Shown here: in pieces, positions 43,181 through 47,090 of the stretch
Numbering within the stretch: the stretch's first letter is position 1
Layout of the letters: each line of letters opens with the position of its first letter
Sequence record: NC_019723.1
DNA length: 47,090 nt
DNA from: Escherichia phage HK630
Reading direction: 5' to 3' (one strand)
Notes under the pieces: generated by a model
What the model was told of the DNA's origin: nothing
Databases searched by the model: none
What the model saw: only the letters and a program-made list of their open reading frames with translations
Translations under genes and position numbers: made by a program

Positions 43181-43584
43181 ATCTGCACAACAGGTAAGAG
43201 CATTGAGTCGATAATCGTGAAGAGTCGGCGAGCCTGGTTAGCCAGTGCTCTTTCCGTTGTGCTGAATTAAGCGAATACCGGAAGCAGAACCGGATCACCA
43301 AATGCGTACAGGCGTCATCGCCGCCCAGCAACAGCACAACCCAAACTGAGCCGTAGCCACTGTCTGTCCTGAATTCATTAGTAATAGTTACGCTGCGGCC
43401 TTTTACACATGACCTTCGTGAAAGCGGGTGGCAGGAGGTCGCGCTAACAACCTCCTGCCGTTTTGCCCGTGCATATCGGTCACGAACAAATCTGATTACT
43501 AAACACAGTAGCCTGGATTTGTTCTATCAGTAATCGACCTTATTCCTAATTAAATAGAGCAAATCCCCTTATTGGGGGTAAGAC

Positions 43585-43908
43585 ATGAAGATGCCAGAAA
43601 AACATGACCTGTTGGCCGCCATTCTCGCGGCAAAGGAACAAGGCATCGGGGCAATCCTTGCGTTTGCAATGGCGTACCTTCGCGGCAGATATAATGGCGG
43701 TGCGTTTACAAAAACAGTAATCGACGCAACGATGTGCGCCATTATCGCCTGGTTCATTCGTGACCTTCTCGACTTCGCCGGACTAAGTAGCAATCTCGCT
43801 TATATAACGAGCGTGTTTATCGGCTACATCGGTACTGACTCGATTGGTTCGCTTATCAAACGCTTCGCTGCTAAAAAAGCCGGAGTAGAAGATGGTAGAA
43901 ATCAATAA
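43585..43908 (+). CDS. S: holin S (S107/S105 dual start)
   Basis: 107 aa [34 protein letters not shown]... with Met1 and Met3 starts and three TM segments. Confidence 0.95.
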   Translation: MKMPEKHDLLAAILAAKEQGIGAILAFAMAYLRGRYNGGAFTKTVIDATMCAIIAWFIRDLLDFAGLSSNLAYITSVFIGYIGTDSIGSLIKRFAAKKAGVEDGRNQ

Positions 43909-44368
43909 TCAACGTAAGGCGTTCCTCGATATGCTGGCGTGGTCGGAGGGAACTGATAACGGACGTCAGAAAACCAGAAATCATGGTTATGACGTCATTG
44001 TAGGCGGAGAGCTATTCACTGATTACTCCGATCACCCTCGCAAACTTGTCACGCTAAACCCAAAACTCAAATCAACAGGCGCCGGACGCTACCAGCTTCT
44101 TTCCCGTTGGTGGGATGCCTACCGCAAGCAGCTTGGCCTGAAAGACTTCTCTCCGAAAAGTCAGGACGCTGTGGCATTGCAGCAGATTAAGGAGCGTGGC
44201 GCTTTACCTATGATTGATCGTGGTGATATCCGTCAGGCAATCGACCGTTGCAGCAATATCTGGGCTTCACTGCCGGGCGCTGGTTATGGTCAGTTCGAGC
44301 ATAAGGCTGACAGCCTGATTGCAAAATTCAAAGAAGCGGGCGGAACGGTCAGAGAGATTGATGTATGA
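43892..44368 (+). CDS. R: endolysin R (lytic transglycosylase)
   Basis: 158-aa [38 protein letters not shown]..., overlapping the S stop. Confidence 0.95.
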   Translation: MVEINNQRKAFLDMLAWSEGTDNGRQKTRNHGYDVIVGGELFTDYSDHPRKLVTLNPKLKSTGAGRYQLLSRWWDAYRKQLGLKDFSPKSQDAVALQQIKERGALPMIDRGDIRQAIDRCSNIWASLPGAGYGQFEHKADSLIAKFKEAGGTVREIDV

Positions 44369-44826
44369 GCAGAGTCACCGCGATTATCTCCGCTCTGGTT
44401 ATCTGCATCATCGTCTGCCTGTCATGGGCTGTTAATCATTACCGTGATAACGCCATTACCTACAAAGCCCAGCGCGACAAAAATGCCAGAGAACTGAAGC
44501 TGGCGAACGCGGCAATTACTGACATGCAGATGCGTCAGCGTGATGTTGCTGCGCTCGATGCAAAATACACGAAGGAGTTAGCTGATGCTAAAGCTGAAAA
44601 TGATGCTCTGCGTGATGATGTTGCCGCTGGTCGTCGTCGGTTGCACATCAAAGCAGTCTGTCAGTCAGTGCGTGAAGCCACCACCGCCTCCGGCGTGGAT
44701 AATGCAGCCTCCCCCCGACTGGCAGACACCGCTGAACGGGATTATTTCACCCTCAGAGAGAGGCTGATCACTATGCAAAAACAACTGGAAGGAACCCAGA
44801 AGTATATTAATGAGCAGTGCAGATAG
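44365..44826 (+). CDS. Rz: spanin inner-membrane subunit Rz
   Basis: 153-aa ORF with N-terminal TM and coiled-coil. Confidence 0.93.
   Translation: MSRVTAIISALVICIIVCLSWAVNHYRDNAITYKAQRDKNARELKLANAAITDMQMRQRDVAALDAKYTKELADAKAENDALRDDVAAGRRRLHIKAVCQSVREATTASGVDNAASPRLADTAERDYFTLRERLITMQKQLEGTQKYINEQCR
44585..44767 (+). CDS. Rz1: spanin outer-membrane lipoprotein Rz1 (embedded in Rz, +1 frame)
   Basis: 60 aa with lipobox LVVVGC and a Pro-rich segment, nested entirely inside Rz. Confidence 0.88.
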   Translation: MLKLKMMLCVMMLPLVVVGCTSKQSVSQCVKPPPPPAWIMQPPPDWQTPLNGIISPSERG

Positions 44827-44857
44827 AGTTGCCCATATCGATGGGCAACTCATGCAA

Positions 44858-45151
44858 TTATTGTGAGCAATACACACGCGCTTCCAGCGGAGTATAAATG
44901 CCTAAAGTAATAAAACCGAGCAATCCATTTACGAATGTTTGCTGGGTTTCTGTTTTAACAACATTTTCTGCGCCGCCACAAATTTTGGCTGCATCGACAG
45001 TTTTCTTCTGCCCAATTCCAGAAACGAAGAAATGATGGGTGATGGTTTCCTTTGGTGCTACTGCTGCCGGTTTGTTTTGAACAGTAAACGTCTGTTGAGC
45101 ACATCCTGTAATAAGCAGGGCCAGCGCAGTAGCGAGTAGCATTTTTTTCAT
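44858..45151 (-). CDS. bor: Bor lipoprotein (serum resistance)
   Basis: 97 aa MKKMLLATALALLITGCAQQTF... with lipobox, lambda Bor. Confidence 0.93.
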   Translation of the reverse strand: MKKMLLATALALLITGCAQQTFTVQNKPAAVAPKETITHHFFVSGIGQKKTVDAAKICGGAENVVKTETQQTFVNGLLGFITLGIYTPLEARVYCSQ

Positions 45152-45440
45152 GGTGTTATTCCCGATGCTTTTTGAAGTTCGCAGAATCGTATGTGTAGAA
45201 AATTAAACAAACCCTAAACAATGAGTTGAAATTTCATATTGTTAATATTTATTAATGTATGTCAGGTGCGATGAATCGTCATTGTATTCCCGGATTAACT
45301 ATGTCCACAGCCCTGACGGGGAACTTCTCTGCGGGAGTGTCCGGGAATAATTAAAACGATGCACACAGGGTTTAGCGCGTACACGTATTGCATTATGCCA
45401 ACGCCCCGGTGCTGACACGGAAGAAACCGGACGTTATGAT

Positions 45441-45974
45441 TTAGCGTGGAAAGATTTGTGTAGTGTTCTGAATGCTCTCAGTAAATAGTAATGAATTATC
45501 AAAGGTATAGTAATATCTTTTATGTTCATGGATATTTGTAACCCATCGGAAAACTCCTGCTTTAGCAAGATTTTCCCTGTATTGCTGAAATGTGATTTCT
45601 CTTGATTTCAACCTATCATAGGACGTTTCTATAAGATGCGTGTTTCTTGAGAATTTAACATTTACAACCTTTTTAAGTCCTTTTATTAACACGGTGTTAT
45701 CGTTTTCTAACACGATGTGAATATTATCTGTGGCTAGATAGTAAATATAATGTGAGACGTTGTGACGTTTTAGTTCAGAATAAAACAATTCACAGTCTAA
45801 ATCTTTTCGCACTTGATCGAATATTTCTTTAAAAATGGCAACCTGAGCCATTGGTAAAACCTTCCATGTGATACGAGGGCGCGTAGTTTGCATTATCGTT
45901 TTTATCGTTTCAATCTGGTCTGACCTCCTTGTGTTTTGTTGATGATTTATGTCAAATATTAGGAATGTTTTCAC
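45441..45974 (-). CDS. hypothetical protein (lambda right-arm ORF, putative envelope protein)
   Basis: 177-aa AT-rich ORF between bor and cos. Confidence 0.6.
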   Translation of the reverse strand: MKTFLIFDINHQQNTRRSDQIETIKTIMQTTRPRITWKVLPMAQVAIFKEIFDQVRKDLDCELFYSELKRHNVSHYIYYLATDNIHIVLENDNTVLIKGLKKVVNVKFSRNTHLIETSYDRLKSREITFQQYRENLAKAGVFRWVTNIHEHKRYYYTFDNSLLFTESIQNTTQIFPR

Positions 45975-46136
45975 TTAATAGTATTGGTTGCGTAACAAAG
46001 TGCGGTCCTGCTGGCATTCTGGAGGGAAATACAACCGACAGATGTATGTAAGGCCAACGTGCTCAAATCTTCATACAGAAAGATTTGAAGTAATATTTTA
46101 ACCGCTAGATGAAGAGCAAGCGCATGGAGCGACAAA

Positions 46137-46343
46137 ATGAATAAAGAACAATCTGCTGATGATCCCTCCGTGGATCTGATTCGTGTAAAAAATATGCTTA
46201 ATAGCACCATTTCTATGAGTTACCCTGATGTTGTAATTGCATGTATAGAACATAAGGTGTCTCTGGAAGCATTCAGAGCAATTGAGGCAGCGTTGGTGAA
46301 GCACGATAATAATATGAAGGATTATTCCCTGGTGGTTGACTGA
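46137..46343 (+). CDS. hypothetical protein (lambda right-arm ORF)
   Basis: 68-aa ORF. Confidence 0.45.
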
Positions 46344-46507
46344 TCACCATAACTGCTAATCATTCAAACTATTTAGTCTGTGACAGAGCCAACACGCAGT
46401 CTGTCACTGTCAGGAAAGTGGTAAAACTGCAACTCAATTACTGCAATGCCCTCGTAATTAAGTGAATTTACAATATCGTCCTGTTCGGAGGGAAGAACGC
46501 GGGATGT

Positions 46508-46702
46508 TCATTCTTCATCACTTTTAATTGATGTATATGCTCTCTTTTCTGACGTTAGTCTCCGACGGCAGGCTTCAATGACCCAGGCTGAGAAATTCCC
46601 GGACCCTTTTTGCTCAAGAGCGATGTTAATTTGTTCAATCATTTGGTTAGGAAAGCGGATGTTGCGGGTTGTTGTTCTGCGGGTTCTGTTCTTCGTTGAC
46701 AT
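46508..46702 (-). CDS. small ribbon-helix-helix-like DNA-binding protein
   Basis: 64 aa; basic N-terminus then RNIRFPNQMIEQINIALEQKG...FSAWVIEACRRRL, a beta-strand/helix/helix pattern typical of Arc/CopG-type proteins. Confidence 0.45.
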   Translation of the reverse strand: MSTKNRTRRTTTRNIRFPNQMIEQINIALEQKGSGNFSAWVIEACRRRLTSEKRAYTSIKSDEE

Positions 46703-46869
46703 GAGGTTGCCCCGTATTCAGTGTCGCTGATTTGTATTGTCTGAAGTTGTTTTTACGTTAAGTTGATGCAGATCAATTAATACGATACCTGCGTCATAAT
46801 TGATTATTTGACGTGGTTTGATGGCCTCCACGCACGTTGTGATATGTAGATGATAATCATTATCACTTT

Positions 46870-47090
46870 ACGGGTCCTTTCCGGTGATCCGACAGGTTAC
46901 GGGGCGGCGACCTCGCGGGTTTTCGCTATTTATGAAAATTTTCCGGTTTAAGGCGTTTCCGTTCTTCTTCGTCATAACTTAATGTTTTTATTTAAAATAC
47001 CCTCTGAAAAGAAAGGAAACGACAGGTGCTGAAAGCGAGCTTTTTGGCCTCTGTCGTTTCCTTTCTCTGTTTTTGTCCGTGGAATGAACA
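46870..47090. other. cos: cos region (nick-site overhang GGGCGGCGACCT at 46902-46913, plus flanking terminase-binding sequence)
   Basis: Exact lambda left-end sequence GGGCGGCGACCTCGCGGGTTTTCGCTATTTATGAAAATTTTCCGG... begins at 46902 and runs to the window end, joining the Nu1 start at position 1. Confidence 0.9.

Noticed and set aside
43020-43214. 64-aa ORF within the pR'-tR' leader
   Set aside because: It overlaps the 6S leader RNA and the tR' hairpin and I have no evidence it is translated, so it is left out of the confident CDS list

Overview
This window is a complete, circularly permuted genome of a lambda-like temperate siphovirus, not an integrated prophage. It starts at the Nu1 start codon and ends just past cos (cohesive-end sequence GGGCGGCGACCT at 46902-46913), and attP lies intact next to int. 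Most of it matches phage lambda as I recall it: terminase/head/tail genes (1-22369), including the single-base stf frameshift of laboratory lambda; the AT-rich b region (ea47, ea31, ea59); att-int-xis; the ea22/exo/bet/gam/kil/cIII block; and ninG-Q-lysis-bor. The segment from about 33370 to 40700 is heterologous: a P22-gp24-like N antiterminator, a different cI/cro pair with AATACC...GGTATT operators, an iteron-bearing O-like initiator with a DnaB-type helicase, and P22-style early nin genes. The strongest candidate for an undescribed system is the ea59-ea31 pair, an ABC-type ATPase translationally coupled to an HNH nuclease, which resembles Septu-type defence modules. Other candidates are a membrane protein co-transcribed with cI where rexAB would sit, an oppositely oriented coiled-coil/zinc-ribbon gene between cIII and N, a small two-helix membrane protein after a tR2-like terminator, and the orphan ea47. 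I saw no tRNA, rRNA or CRISPR array. All identifications rest on reading the translations and DNA by eye and on recalled lambda sequences; no searches were run.
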